In this document: positions 20,592 through 30,441 of the stretch, one piece after another | Position numbering within the stretch: position 1 is the stretch's first letter | Layout of the letters: every line of letters starts with the position of its first letter | IMG/VR virus record: IMGVR_UViG_3300037067_025869 | Location: 1 to 64,000 of that record | Strand: one strand, 5' to 3' | Source: a virus | Lineage: Duplodnaviria > Caudoviricetes | Length of the DNA stretch: 64,000 nt | The notes under the pieces: generated by a model | What the model was told of the DNA's origin: nothing | Seen by the model: the letters and a program-made list of their open reading frames with translations, nothing else | Databases searched by the model: none | Program-made: the position numbers and the translations under genes

Positions 20592-21030
20592 TTTTATTTT
20601 TTATTTTATTTCGATTTTTATAAGCTCCATTTTCCCAAGCTTTATGAATTTTATTTGTATTTCCTATTTTAGATATTGATATATTTTTCTTGGCTTCTTC
20701 TGACAAAATCATTCCTAATCCGCCATCTCCTCCTTTTGTCATATTATATCCATATTCTGATAAATTCGTTTTGTCTTTATCAATCCAATAAGTTTCTCTT
20801 TCGCATAAAATTTTATGTAACTCTATTTTATTATCTGCTATATGTTCTTCAATAAGCTCCCATAAAATCTTTTCCCATCCATATTTTTTGATTGCGGAAT
20901 AAAAACTGCATTTTCTTCCTTTCAAAAAAGAATATCTATGTTTGATTTTTCGTTCCTCGAATCCCAAAGATGAATATCCATAATATTTTTTACCTGAAGG
21001 CGATGTAGCACAATAAATTATACCTTTCAT
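20581..21030 (-). mobile_element. GIY-YIG homing endonuclease
   Basis: GIIYCATSPSGKKYYG, ERETYWI, GYNMTKGGDG, SEEAKKNIS. Confidence 0.85.
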
Positions 21031-21084
21031 CTTAATTATTTTATATGCGGGGGGAGGGGAAGAGTTTATATAAAAACGTTAAAT

Positions 21085-21106
21085 AAAAAAGACCCCTCGC
21101 GGAGCC
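21085..21106 (-). terminator. Intrinsic terminator with GNRA loop
   Basis: GGCTCC-GCGA-GGGGTC-TTTTTT on the minus strand. Confidence 0.6.
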
Positions 21107-21124
21107 AGTTTTGCATGGAGATTT

Positions 21125-21535
21125 TTATACTCGTTCGAGATTTGGATTCCAGAATAAACACTGAAGCCTAAGCCTATCAGTAGTTTCCAGAAAATATTTT
21201 AATTGTTCAATACTAATAAATTCCAAAAATGGAATATTCAATCTTATAGCTTCTTCTTGTTCCATATCCGCTCCCAGAGAAGGGATTTCAGCTCCAAAAT
21301 TATCTCTTGGACGAATGCGAATAATTCCCTGACACATCTTAAGAATTTCAAAATCATACTCAAGCCATTCGGAAGCAGATCTTTCCCTGATTTCGTTTAT
21401 ATAATGAGTTAGAAGAGGAGCAATTGGAATATAGCCAAAATCTTTTAATACATTCCACACGTCAATTTGTAATTTGACCATTTTTAATTTATCCCCATTT
21501 GTATACGGTGAAGCAATATAGATCTTTTCTTTCAT
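21125..21535 (-). CDS. Nucleoside deoxyribosyltransferase-like protein (DUF1937/DUF4406-like)
   Basis: KIYIASPYT, PIAP, WLEYD, SLGADME. Confidence 0.7.
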   Translation of the reverse strand: MKEKIYIASPYTNGDKLKMVKLQIDVWNVLKDFGYIPIAPLLTHYINEIRERSASEWLEYDFEILKMCQGIIRIRPRDNFGAEIPSLGADMEQEEAIRLNIPFLEFISIEQLKYFLETTDRLRLQCLFWNPNLERV

Positions 21536-21894
21536 TTAGGTAAAACCCCAATTTTTCTAAAAATTTTTGTTAATATGGATTTATCGTCTAAAAGAAATTC
21601 CGAATGATTTTTACTGACTTTTTCTTGTTTTGATTTGATCTTAGATTTCTCATGAAACGATCTCATTTTAGACTCTATTATATCCTTAAGCTCTTGATAA
21701 TGGATTTCTTCGAAATCCTTGTCATAAAAAACCTGAATATTTGAATCCATAGTTACAGGGAGAAGAAATGTATAATATTCATCGTTAGCATTGGATTCAT
21801 TAACTACTCGTTGAAGCTCATTCAGATTTTTTATAATTATATCCATTGACATTCCTTCAACACAATAATTTATAACAAGAATTGGCTTTGCCAT
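21532..21894 (-). CDS. Hypothetical protein
   Basis: ORF coupled to its neighbours. Confidence 0.7.
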   Translation of the reverse strand: MAKPILVINYCVEGMSMDIIIKNLNELQRVVNESNANDEYYTFLLPVTMDSNIQVFYDKDFEEIHYQELKDIIESKMRSFHEKSKIKSKQEKVSKNHSEFLLDDKSILTKIFRKIGVLPK

Positions 21895-21896
21895 TT

Positions 21897-22127
21897 TTAT
21901 GAATTTAATTTCTGATATTTTATTTCTTTTTTACCTTCATCCATCTCTAAAATGCCTAGTTCTTTTAAAGTACTAATCGATAGGATAATGTTATTTGGTG
22001 CTAAAGTAAATGGCGCTTCTTTAAAAGCAATTACTTGTTGAAGCATAAGATGAAGGGTATAGTTGGGCAAGCCCTGCTCCCTATACTGTTCTTCAACCTC
22101 TTTAAGTTTTTCTAAATTGAGTCTCAT
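21897..22127 (-). CDS. Hypothetical protein
   Basis: 76-aa ORF. Confidence 0.7.
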   Translation of the reverse strand: MRLNLEKLKEVEEQYREQGLPNYTLHLMLQQVIAFKEAPFTLAPNNIILSISTLKELGILEMDEGKKEIKYQKLNS

Positions 22128-22351
22128 ATATTTTCAATAATTTTATTTAATCTCTTTACCATTTCTTCCATGCCCCATGTTTTTTCTTCTGATCCATTTA
22201 ATTTTTAACTATTAATCGAGGTGTCATAAAATCTCTTATCATTATTTCTTGAATAAGTGTTATGGATTTAACCCCGATTTTTTCAAGATTCTCTTGGGTA
22301 GCTTTCTCCAAAAATATTAATATAGTTAATATATTTCTGCTTGCTTATCAT
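22124..22351 (-). pseudogene. Frameshifted small gene (compensating +1/-1 lesions)
   Basis: 228-nt slot with ATGA overlaps at both ends; the middle is open only in the +1 frame. Confidence 0.5.
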
Positions 22352-22875
22352 TTTTTGTCTGTGCTTCCGAATCCATCAGCTCCTCTTGTAGTAGTTTTTT
22401 CTTCATAGAATTTTTCGAGAGTTTTTCCTTCTTCAACTTCTATATCTGAATTGTATATTGGGATTTCGAGAAATTGGATGGCTTTCATCCCAGGGGTAAT
22501 CATAGCTGGAATTGGAATATTACTAGTATTAATAAGACTAATATGTATTTCCCCCTGATACTCATAATCTACTACACAAGCACCCACAATTAATCCTGTT
22601 TTTGTAGCAACGCCAGATTTATTAGCAGCAATTAATGCTCTTCCAGAATGTGCCATTTGGCAATGAATCCCCGAAGGAATAAGAATTCTATCTCCTTGTC
22701 TGAGATAAATTCCATCTTTTGAAATTTCGTTATTGTTCGGATTTTTTGCCTTTAGATCTCTAATGAATTCGGGGGTAAATTCAGGAACATAAAAATCTAT
22801 TCCTGCATCATATTTATTAGCACGGCTGGGTGATTTAACGTCTCTTGTTTTAAGAAATTTTATTGATTCGATCAT
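22348..22875 (-). CDS. dut: Trimeric dUTPase
   Basis: DAGIDF, RILIPSGI, NKSG, GACVVDYEYQGEI, RGADGFGST. Confidence 0.92.
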   Translation of the reverse strand: MIESIKFLKTRDVKSPSRANKYDAGIDFYVPEFTPEFIRDLKAKNPNNNEISKDGIYLRQGDRILIPSGIHCQMAHSGRALIAANKSGVATKTGLIVGACVVDYEYQGEIHISLINTSNIPIPAMITPGMKAIQFLEIPIYNSDIEVEEGKTLEKFYEEKTTTRGADGFGSTDKK

Positions 22876-22916
22876 AATATATTTTTTATATTATAATCCT
22901 TAAAGAAGGAAAAGTT

Positions 22917-23123
22917 TTACTTAACGCCTATTTTTTGCATAAGTTTTTTTACAATATCCCAAGATATGAGGGTTCCATCTTTTCCTAATAGACCTTCTTT
23001 GCCAGCAAAAACCCTTGAAATTCCATCAATTTTGAAACCCTCATAATTATGACCACCCATTTGAATAGTTTCATTAACGGGTTCGTCAATAGATTCTTTT
23101 ACTAGTTTAACGGATTTTTTCAT
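22917..23123 (-). CDS. Small putative virion internal protein
   Basis: N-terminus MKKSVKLVKESIDEPVNE. Confidence 0.7.
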   Translation of the reverse strand: MKKSVKLVKESIDEPVNETIQMGGHNYEGFKIDGISRVFAGKEGLLGKDGTLISWDIVKKLMQKIGVK

Positions 23124-23890
23124 TTTATAGTCTGTTTCATCGAATTTTGATTTTCCTTGGCTTTTTTCTTCTTAAATGGAAGTTTTACCCCCATTTTTTT
23201 AGCTATTGCCACCCCCAATTTATCGTATGGCGAAATATTTGTTTCATTAAGCGATTCTTTAACCAGTTTTACTTTTTTTCTTTTCCTTTTCTTTTTCTGT
23301 TTCTGATTACCGCTTCCCCAGATATCTCCGGATCCTTTAACCCCCGATTGATAAAATTGATTCCCAGTAGTAGCAACTTGCTGAGCTGGTACAGCATTAC
23401 TCATTCCTGGGACACTTCCCGCCCCGGTCATAGGAGCTCCCGTATCTTCATTTATTGGATTTCCTTTTTCGTCATACCCCCAAGCTTTTCTCCGATATTT
23501 TTCTTCATATGGCTGAGAATAAATTTCTCTATTTAGAAAATCATCAATAGCTGATTTATAAGGAGGACTAAAATAATAAGGTCTCCCATTATAATTGATG
23601 AAATCTTCTAATGTAGCCCATGGTTTATTTGTATCCGTACTATAATCCCCTGAATTATCAGCAGTACAACGCATAAGTTTGCTTCTAAGGATATTTTCAA
23701 TATCAAATGGGGTGTATTTTTCTTTTAAAAGCCATCGAATAATCCTCATCCATTCATTATCACTATAGTAAAGACCATAAGAATAAGCCCGATTATCTCC
23801 AGATGTAGTTTTTTTAAAAATAACATTAGCAATACCAATACCCATGGTTTTTTTAGGGTCCTGACCCCGTAAGAATCCTGCTTTAGACAT
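23120..23890 (-). CDS. Hypothetical protein with FxRGxDP leader
   Basis: GFLRGQDPKKTMGIG; internal INE and LVKESLNE sites. Confidence 0.75.
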   Translation of the reverse strand: MSKAGFLRGQDPKKTMGIGIANVIFKKTTSGDNRAYSYGLYYSDNEWMRIIRWLLKEKYTPFDIENILRSKLMRCTADNSGDYSTDTNKPWATLEDFINYNGRPYYFSPPYKSAIDDFLNREIYSQPYEEKYRRKAWGYDEKGNPINEDTGAPMTGAGSVPGMSNAVPAQQVATTGNQFYQSGVKGSGDIWGSGNQKQKKKRKRKKVKLVKESLNETNISPYDKLGVAIAKKMGVKLPFKKKKAKENQNSMKQTIK

Positions 23891-23901
23891 GAGAGCTAAT
23901 T

Positions 23902-24354
23902 TTATGCTCCTCCAAAGGTTGTATGACCGCTGGTTCCACCGCTAGCAAATGCAGTTTTAAGATTTACGGCTTCCATATTTTTCCATGCAACTTGAAGTTT
24001 TCCTTGAACATAGGTAGGGCTAGTTCTCCCATAGAATTTTGCAGAAGCTGCTTTTTCGAGATATTTCTGAAGCATTTCCAATGGAGCTTTTTCCGCCCAT
24101 ACCTTAAGTGTTTTTCTTCCAGCTTCGGGTGAATCAGCAACATAAGTTTTGAGAGCTACCCCCCAGGCAAATTTTCTAACGGATTTTTCATCATCTTTAT
24201 TAAGACTCTCATATTCCTTATTTAAACCCTGAAATGCTTTTTTAAGCCCGGCAACAAAATCATTTACGATTGATTCGGAAACAGCATTCATTTCTTCGTT
24301 TAATTTTGCATAAGCACTCTCATTGAGAGATTCTGCTACTAATTGGATTTTCAT
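23902..24354 (-). CDS. Putative virion internal protein
   Basis: MKIQLVAESLNES leader; late-type motif upstream. Confidence 0.75.
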   Translation of the reverse strand: MKIQLVAESLNESAYAKLNEEMNAVSESIVNDFVAGLKKAFQGLNKEYESLNKDDEKSVRKFAWGVALKTYVADSPEAGRKTLKVWAEKAPLEMLQKYLEKAASAKFYGRTSPTYVQGKLQVAWKNMEAVNLKTAFASGGTSGHTTFGGA

Positions 24355-24415
24355 AATAATTATTTTTATTTTATATATTCATTATTTTACAAAACTCTTA
24401 ATATAAAGATAATTT

Positions 24416-25393
24416 TTATAGATTAAGAGAATCTATTAAGCGAGTTCTAATTTTGCTAATTTTTTGAGCTATTTTAATATTTTCAGGATTATCGTCAAAA
24501 AATGTTATATCATCATATTTGTCTGCTAAGCTTTGTAGAATCTTTCTTTTCTCCTCCGGTATATTAATTTCCCCTTTATCATCACCAATAGTTATAATAT
24601 GATCCTCAGGAATATCAATTCCATTTCTTCTAAAAAAAGTCCAAATAGGTATTTTAGCAATAGCTGATCTAGCTGTAAGTATAAAAATTTCTGAAGTGCT
24701 TCTTCCCTGTTTAATAGCTGCATCCATATTTTGAAGAGCAGGCCACATTTTATATGGTTTTGCTTTTAAAATTATTCTGGGGTCCTTAAATTCAGAAACA
24801 TCTATTTCTTCATCTTCAGCTTTCTGATAAAAATTAAATTCTTCCGGGGTTAATGATTTTAGGAACTTACCTGCTTTATAAACATGAACTTTTGCATCAG
24901 TTTTTACCAAAGTATCATCAAAATCCCAGATATACGCCTTGGTCTTTCTATTTACTGTTTTTGCTCTCATTCTATTTTCTTTAAGAGGAAAAGATTTAAT
25001 TTTTTCTATTTGTTCTTTAATTTTTTCAAGTCTTCGAACAGTTCTCCATTCATGATTAGCATCAGCATTTTTAATTGCCCCCTCAAGGTCTGCTCCTCTT
25101 TTTTGAATTATATGTATTGCTACCTCGTCATTTTTTTCCCAAGCTAAAACTTTCAATATTTCATGCTCCTGAGAATTTATATCAAGGCCTTGCGATAAAA
25201 GATAATCCATAAGATCAGATCTTTTTGCTGTAGCACAACTAATGAAATATCCTATTTCGTCCATGCTTTCAGTATTTTTCTCTTGAGATTTAGCCAATTG
25301 TTTAATTTGACCCATCATTCCTATGCCAATAGCATTTTTTGGATCTATGTCTCGGCTAAAATTCAATACTTCGCTGATAATTATAGCTCTCAT
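24416..25393 (-). CDS. FxRGxDP-leader, ankyrin-like + HAD phosphatase fusion
   Basis: NFSRDIDPKNAIGIG; LLSQGLDIN and KRGADL ankyrin-like turns; WDFDDTL, ILTAR, FFDDN HAD motifs. Confidence 0.75.
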   Translation of the reverse strand: MRAIIISEVLNFSRDIDPKNAIGIGMMGQIKQLAKSQEKNTESMDEIGYFISCATAKRSDLMDYLLSQGLDINSQEHEILKVLAWEKNDEVAIHIIQKRGADLEGAIKNADANHEWRTVRRLEKIKEQIEKIKSFPLKENRMRAKTVNRKTKAYIWDFDDTLVKTDAKVHVYKAGKFLKSLTPEEFNFYQKAEDEEIDVSEFKDPRIILKAKPYKMWPALQNMDAAIKQGRSTSEIFILTARSAIAKIPIWTFFRRNGIDIPEDHIITIGDDKGEINIPEEKRKILQSLADKYDDITFFDDNPENIKIAQKISKIRTRLIDSLNL

Positions 25394-25427
25394 ATTTTAT
25401 ATATTTCAACTCTAAATGCGGGAAAAC

Positions 25428-25456
25428 AAAAAACCCTCTAAAAAAGAGGGTTTTTC
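25428..25456. terminator. Intrinsic terminator
   Basis: AAAAACCCTCT/AGAGGGTTTTT inverted repeat. Confidence 0.75.
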
Positions 25457-25475
25457 TATATTTTAATTTTATAGT

Positions 25476-26918
25476 TTATAGTTTATCAACGATCTTCTGA
25501 GCAACTTTATCAGCAATTTTATCTGCTAAAGTATCAGCTGGAGCATCCATTACATCTGCCGGGCCTTCTGTAGCCTCTTCAAGATCAAGTGAGAAATCAT
25601 CGGATTTTTCCCCCGCTTCTTCGCCATCTCCAAGATCAAGGTCAAAATCCTCTGTTCCTTCTTCGTCTTCTCCCTCCTCGCCTTCGGGTTTTTCTTCATC
25701 TTCTACTTCAATTTCACCGCCAAACATTTCTTCAACGTCTACGCCTTTTTCCTCAAGCCACCCTTTGAGTTTTTCCCAGTAGTCAACAGAAACTTTAATC
25801 TTTTCTTCTGTGGTAGGTTCCTCTTCACCTTCGGCTGCTTCTCCTAAATCGGGACTTTCTGTATGTTTTTCTTCGTCTTCGTCTTCTTTTTCTTCGCTTT
25901 CTGTATTTTCTTCTTTTTCTTTTTCATCTTCAACTTTTTCAGCAGGAACTCCAAGTTCATCGAGTTCTTTGACTGCTTCTTCAGCATTAGTTACAGTGAT
26001 AATGAACTCTGTAATTTCTACCTTTTCGTCTTCAGATTCTTCACCTTCTGGTTTTTCTTCTTTTTCTTCGCCCTCTTCACCTTTAGATTCTTCTTCTTTT
26101 TCTTCTTCACCGCCGAGATCTAAATCATCAAATGAGAGTTCGTCCTCCTCTTTCTTTTCTTCTTCAGCTTCATTTATCTTTTTACCACCTTTTTCTTCTG
26201 GAAATTTGGAAAATTCATTTTCGTCTTTATCCTGTTCTGGCTCTAATTGATTATGAAGATTTTTATCAAGTTTACCATCTAATTTATCTTTTCTTTTTTC
26301 AGTTCTAGCAATAGGATCTTTTCCCATAATTTCAGCTTTTTCAGTAAGTTCTTGAGCTCTCTTAGCCTTTATTCTTTCAATGATAGCTTCAATTTTAGCT
26401 TTTCTAAATTCGATGATAGATTCTTTACATTCGCATTTTTCTTTTTCCTTTCCGCATGTTTCGCATTCTTCTTCCCCTTCGGTACCATCATAAATGCCTT
26501 TTCTAGGATAACCTTTCTTAGTATCTACAAAATCATAATCATCTTTGATCTCTGTTTTCTTTTCCGTAAGAGGGGTGGAGACAAAACGATCAGCTAATCT
26601 TTTACCTACTGGTGATAATTTGAAGAATGCTTGCCCTTCTTTAGATTCAGCTACAAAGAACTGAGAATTTCTTTTTAACCACATAATAGCAGAAGCATTT
26701 GGATTTTTACTACATTCATTTAAGTCAGCAATAAATCTTTTTAATTTCCCCTTAGATACACGCTGATTTTCAGCTACATAAGCGAGAACCTGATTCCTAA
26801 TTGGAGCATTAACTCCAACTACTACTGGTTTTTTTTCACCATATCCCCTTTTAAGTGTTATAGATTTTGACTCATTTAAATATTGATCAAGAGTCATTGG
26901 AACATAATTCATTTTCAT
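25476..26918 (-). CDS. Highly acidic protein, scaffold or internal-protein-like
   Basis: MTLDQYLNES leader; Glu/Asp-rich C-terminal half; several LxE sites. Confidence 0.75.
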   Translation of the reverse strand: MKMNYVPMTLDQYLNESKSITLKRGYGEKKPVVVGVNAPIRNQVLAYVAENQRVSKGKLKRFIADLNECSKNPNASAIMWLKRNSQFFVAESKEGQAFFKLSPVGKRLADRFVSTPLTEKKTEIKDDYDFVDTKKGYPRKGIYDGTEGEEECETCGKEKEKCECKESIIEFRKAKIEAIIERIKAKRAQELTEKAEIMGKDPIARTEKRKDKLDGKLDKNLHNQLEPEQDKDENEFSKFPEEKGGKKINEAEEEKKEEDELSFDDLDLGGEEEKEEESKGEEGEEKEEKPEGEESEDEKVEITEFIITVTNAEEAVKELDELGVPAEKVEDEKEKEENTESEEKEDEDEEKHTESPDLGEAAEGEEEPTTEEKIKVSVDYWEKLKGWLEEKGVDVEEMFGGEIEVEDEEKPEGEEGEDEEGTEDFDLDLGDGEEAGEKSDDFSLDLEEATEGPADVMDAPADTLADKIADKVAQKIVDKL

Positions 26919-27041
26919 AATTTTAATATTTTATTTTATAATATTTTTTAATTTAGAATAATCCAACATTAATTCTTTAGATATATTTATATATTCACAC
27001 TTATTTATAATGATTTGTGACTTTTAATTAACATTAAAGTT

Positions 27042-27854
27042 TTAAAATTTCCCCTCTTCCCAATCATATTTAGAATCATTCTCTGCTTTATCGTCTAGTA
27101 GATCCTTATATTCTTCCATCGATATTTCTTCAACATCATCATATATTTCACCAATTTTTTCAATAACATCTACAAATTCCATATCTGGATCAAATTGCAT
27201 GGTTTCGAGAGGTTCTTCATCCCCTTGAACAACTCTTATCTTCCAAAATGAGTCTTCTTTATTTCTATAAACCTTTGCAATAATTTCATCTTCTTCATCG
27301 GCATTAATTCTAATTGCAAAAACATAATCAGGATTTAGATCCTCATCTGTAGCTTGTTGTTCATCTTCGATATCTCTATAATCTAAAAAATCCTCTTCAT
27401 CTGCACTGTCCTCAAATTCTTCATTCATTTTAAGAAGCCAATTCCGATCCATTTCATTTAGTTCGTTAAATAAATCCGATATTTTTTCTGATTCCACTGT
27501 TGTCGAAGTTCCAGCTGATACTGGCTCTTTATTTTCAGGTTTGGTTGTTTCCCCTGATTGAACCTGAGCATCTTTTCCCTGCAGTTGAGCTGCTTTGGTT
27601 TCAATAGCAATGAGATTTTTGGTGAGAATATTTATTTCATTATCTTTTTGATTCATTTGTTTCATAAGAAGATCTTTTTGTGTTTGTTTATCAGCTATTT
27701 GTTTTTTAACTGCTAAATACTGATTCGATAGGGAAGCTGGAATAACAACATCTTCATTTAGCCCTTCCAATATTTCTTCCCCCAACATTATCATATGATC
27801 ATTTTCCCAAGCTTCCCCATTCATTTCTTCTATGATTTTATCAAGATTTATCAT
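27042..27854 (-). CDS. Acidic coiled-coil protein
   Basis: LNED, LNE and MNEE sites; heptad-like segment. Confidence 0.75.
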   Translation of the reverse strand: MINLDKIIEEMNGEAWENDHMIMLGEEILEGLNEDVVIPASLSNQYLAVKKQIADKQTQKDLLMKQMNQKDNEINILTKNLIAIETKAAQLQGKDAQVQSGETTKPENKEPVSAGTSTTVESEKISDLFNELNEMDRNWLLKMNEEFEDSADEEDFLDYRDIEDEQQATDEDLNPDYVFAIRINADEEDEIIAKVYRNKEDSFWKIRVVQGDEEPLETMQFDPDMEFVDVIEKIGEIYDDVEEISMEEYKDLLDDKAENDSKYDWEEGKF

Positions 27855-27872
27855 AATAATTCTTTATTTTAT

Positions 27873-29663
27873 TTATTTTCGAAGTATCTTGCCATTCCAG
27901 GTCTTCCATTCACTTTGAAAGGAATCCCATAATCCCCATATACTTTGGGGGGTTACTGTCTTAAAAGTAACAAAATCCATATCTTCAATAGCTCTAAATG
28001 CATGAAATTGATCCTTATTTTCCAATTCCCCAATATTTAGATTCTTTTCCACAGCAATTCTTTCATCCATAACTTCTTCTTCAAAATAAAGTTGCAAAGA
28101 TAATTCGCTTTTCTTTGTTGAATCCGTTATAATTACAATAGGTTCATATTTAGGCCGGACAGTATCAAAAATACTATATAAATCCCAGTCATTTAATAGA
28201 AAGAATGCGGGGACAACATCTTTGTTAGAATTAGCAAATGCTTTCATTTGAGCCCGGACAAGACCATCCGTAAAGAAAAAATTCTCTCCCCTAACTCTTC
28301 TGGAATTGCCTACGGAAACAATAATTACAGGACATTTCCACATATTTTGAATTGAGCGTATATTATCCTCCTGAGATTTTGTAAATGGTTTGAAATCTGT
28401 AATATAAATAGCACATTTTTCTAATCCGGGTTTTCCTTTTTTCCCTTTAGGCTCAAAAGTTTTCTGGATAGAAGCAATAACTCTCATATTATCAACATCA
28501 GAAGCGACCTTTCTAGCTATAGCATCTACAACAATATTATCAGATTTTTCAGTAATCATTTGGGTATCAGCAAATGGGCTCTCCCGAATAGGGTTAAGAA
28601 TTTTCTCGCTTATTAGATAAACATAACTATTAAATTTATTAATGGCTGATTCATTAAGAAGACCATATTCTTTTTTATACTTTCGAAGAGAGGAAAGTAT
28701 AACTCTAAATATAGACTCATAAAGTTTTCCCCCGCTTTCAAGAAGTTCAAGGGTTTTTTTATTTTTGATTAATAATAGATTTAATCCTCCAGCATATCCA
28801 AAATTAGGAGGGGTAAGATATTCCGGCTTCATCCCTTCCGTAACAGAAGGACTTTCACAATAATGATTAAATATATCACACACTATTTCTAGATACATAT
28901 CATCGGGATTTTTGCCTTCCAATATGGGAAACGGGTATCTTTCTAGAAAATTATTAAGGCTTAATATTGTAAGATCATAAAAATCCCTAGAGAATTCAGC
29001 TTTTTGATAAGACTCATTCAAAAGTTCAAATTCATAAGAAACAATTTGAGCTAATCTTTCCCCGTCTGAAATTATAATTCCTTCAATAATATTTTGTTTA
29101 GAATAAGTTCCATTGAATCTATTGATTAGAAGTTCGCTTAAATTATCTTCGATATTATCATAGTCCCCATTAGCATATTCCAATAGAGCTTTCTTTTGTT
29201 CCTTGGATAATTTGCCCTTAAATATTACAGGGGGTCTTCCTAGTTGAAGTATTTCAGCCCACTGTTGTAATTCATTATAATCAAAAGATTCAACAACTTT
29301 ATTATTTTTTCTACGAGTTATATCTGTAATAAGATATTTTGGCAGTTTAGTATAGGGAATTCTTATTGGCCTTTCAACCGGTGTATAAGCTAATCCGAAA
29401 CAAATTCCTTCTGGTATCTTTGCTTCATTCAAAATAATGGAAAGCTCTATAATAGCATCCTCCCAAACATTGGTGAGAACTCTTGAAATTAATCCTAACT
29501 CTGTATTATCTTTCTTATAGAATTTAATTTCCCCATTTACATTTTCAAAAAGAATTCTATAAGTATCGAGTTTTTCAGTAATGATTAGTTCTTCATTTAG
29601 AAATTCATCAACGTACTTAGATCCATTTTTTTGTAAAATCTTCTGTAACGTATTTAATGCCAT
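27873..29663 (-). CDS. RNA-ligase-like domain fused to degenerate HIGH-type nucleotidyltransferase domain
   Basis: TEKLDT (motif I variant), EGIII, AQIV; C-terminal YITDFKPFTKSQ. Confidence 0.6.
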   Translation of the reverse strand: MALNTLQKILQKNGSKYVDEFLNEELIITEKLDTYRILFENVNGEIKFYKKDNTELGLISRVLTNVWEDAIIELSIILNEAKIPEGICFGLAYTPVERPIRIPYTKLPKYLITDITRRKNNKVVESFDYNELQQWAEILQLGRPPVIFKGKLSKEQKKALLEYANGDYDNIEDNLSELLINRFNGTYSKQNIIEGIIISDGERLAQIVSYEFELLNESYQKAEFSRDFYDLTILSLNNFLERYPFPILEGKNPDDMYLEIVCDIFNHYCESPSVTEGMKPEYLTPPNFGYAGGLNLLLIKNKKTLELLESGGKLYESIFRVILSSLRKYKKEYGLLNESAINKFNSYVYLISEKILNPIRESPFADTQMITEKSDNIVVDAIARKVASDVDNMRVIASIQKTFEPKGKKGKPGLEKCAIYITDFKPFTKSQEDNIRSIQNMWKCPVIIVSVGNSRRVRGENFFFTDGLVRAQMKAFANSNKDVVPAFFLLNDWDLYSIFDTVRPKYEPIVIITDSTKKSELSLQLYFEEEVMDERIAVEKNLNIGELENKDQFHAFRAIEDMDFVTFKTVTPQSIWGLWDSFQSEWKTWNGKILRK

Positions 29664-29695
29664 AATTTAAATTTATTTGTTATAATTTATATATT

Positions 29696-29722
29696 AAAAA
29701 AAGGGATGCTCTGCGTCCCTTT
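29696..29722 (-). terminator. Intrinsic terminator
   Basis: AAAGGGACGC/GCATCCCTTT stem with T tract on the minus strand. Confidence 0.7.
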
Positions 29723-29728
29723 ATATCT

Positions 29729-29851
29729 TTAACCCCCACAGCATTTACGTTTTCTGGGTAGAATAAACCTGAAATTTTTTAAGAGAGGTTTTTGTCTTTC
29801 CGGCGGTTTTGGCCCTGGTTTTTTATGAAGTTTTGGCCCCAGTATTTTCAT
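29729..29851 (-). CDS. 40-aa basic, proline-rich peptide
   Basis: MKILGPKLHKKPGPKPPERQKPLLKNFRFILPRKRKCCGG; TAATG-coupled to the upstream ORF; not in the ORF track. Confidence 0.55.
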   Translation of the reverse strand: MKILGPKLHKKPGPKPPERQKPLLKNFRFILPRKRKCCGG

Positions 29852-30360
29852 TACTTGCTTTCTTTAAGTTCACAATTAATTTCATGCAATAATTCTTTAA
29901 TGTTTTTAACAAAAGATTCTTTAAATGTTTCGAAAATAACTTCAGAAGGGAGAACACCAGATAAATCCGAAGCTTTTACTTCGTTATATATTTCATCTAC
30001 CACATTGTATAATTTATATTTTAACTCACTTTGACGAAGGGTTTCACTAATAACAATGTTGGCTTTTTCTTTCAAAAAATTCTTTTTTTGATCTGCAGAA
30101 GAATGCTCATTAAGAGCACGTCCTCTCGTATTTAAAAACTTAATTCCCATTTCACTTATGCCTTCAGATTCGGACCAGTAGGAATTAAGTTCCAATAAAA
30201 ATATATTCTGAGCTTTTTCAGAAAGCTGTTTAAATTCTGGTATTCCATACTTTTCTAAGAGAGTATTATAAACCTTTGTAAACTGCCCAAGAACCTTACT
30301 TTCAACAAGATTATCTTCTTTAGTTTGCTTCTCCTTCAGTATAGTATTGAATTTTCTCAT
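29851..30360 (-). CDS. Hypothetical protein, putative internal protein
   Basis: MRKFNTILKE leader; LVES and LNE sites. Confidence 0.75.
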   Translation of the reverse strand: MRKFNTILKEKQTKEDNLVESKVLGQFTKVYNTLLEKYGIPEFKQLSEKAQNIFLLELNSYWSESEGISEMGIKFLNTRGRALNEHSSADQKKNFLKEKANIVISETLRQSELKYKLYNVVDEIYNEVKASDLSGVLPSEVIFETFKESFVKNIKELLHEINCELKESK

Positions 30361-30441
30361 AACAAGAGGATTTTATTTTATATATTATATATTTGTTCAT
30401 TTTTTTATAAATTGCGATTTTTTTGCTTTAAATGAAAATAT

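Noticed and set aside
21047-21060. G-rich run in an AT-rich intergenic region (G-quadruplex idea)
   Set aside because: Too few G tracts and a single occurrence
25476-26400. Low-complexity GAA/TTC-rich DNA and the plus-strand Ser/Phe-rich ORFs over it
   Set aside because: Codon shadow of the Glu-rich protein, not a repeat array
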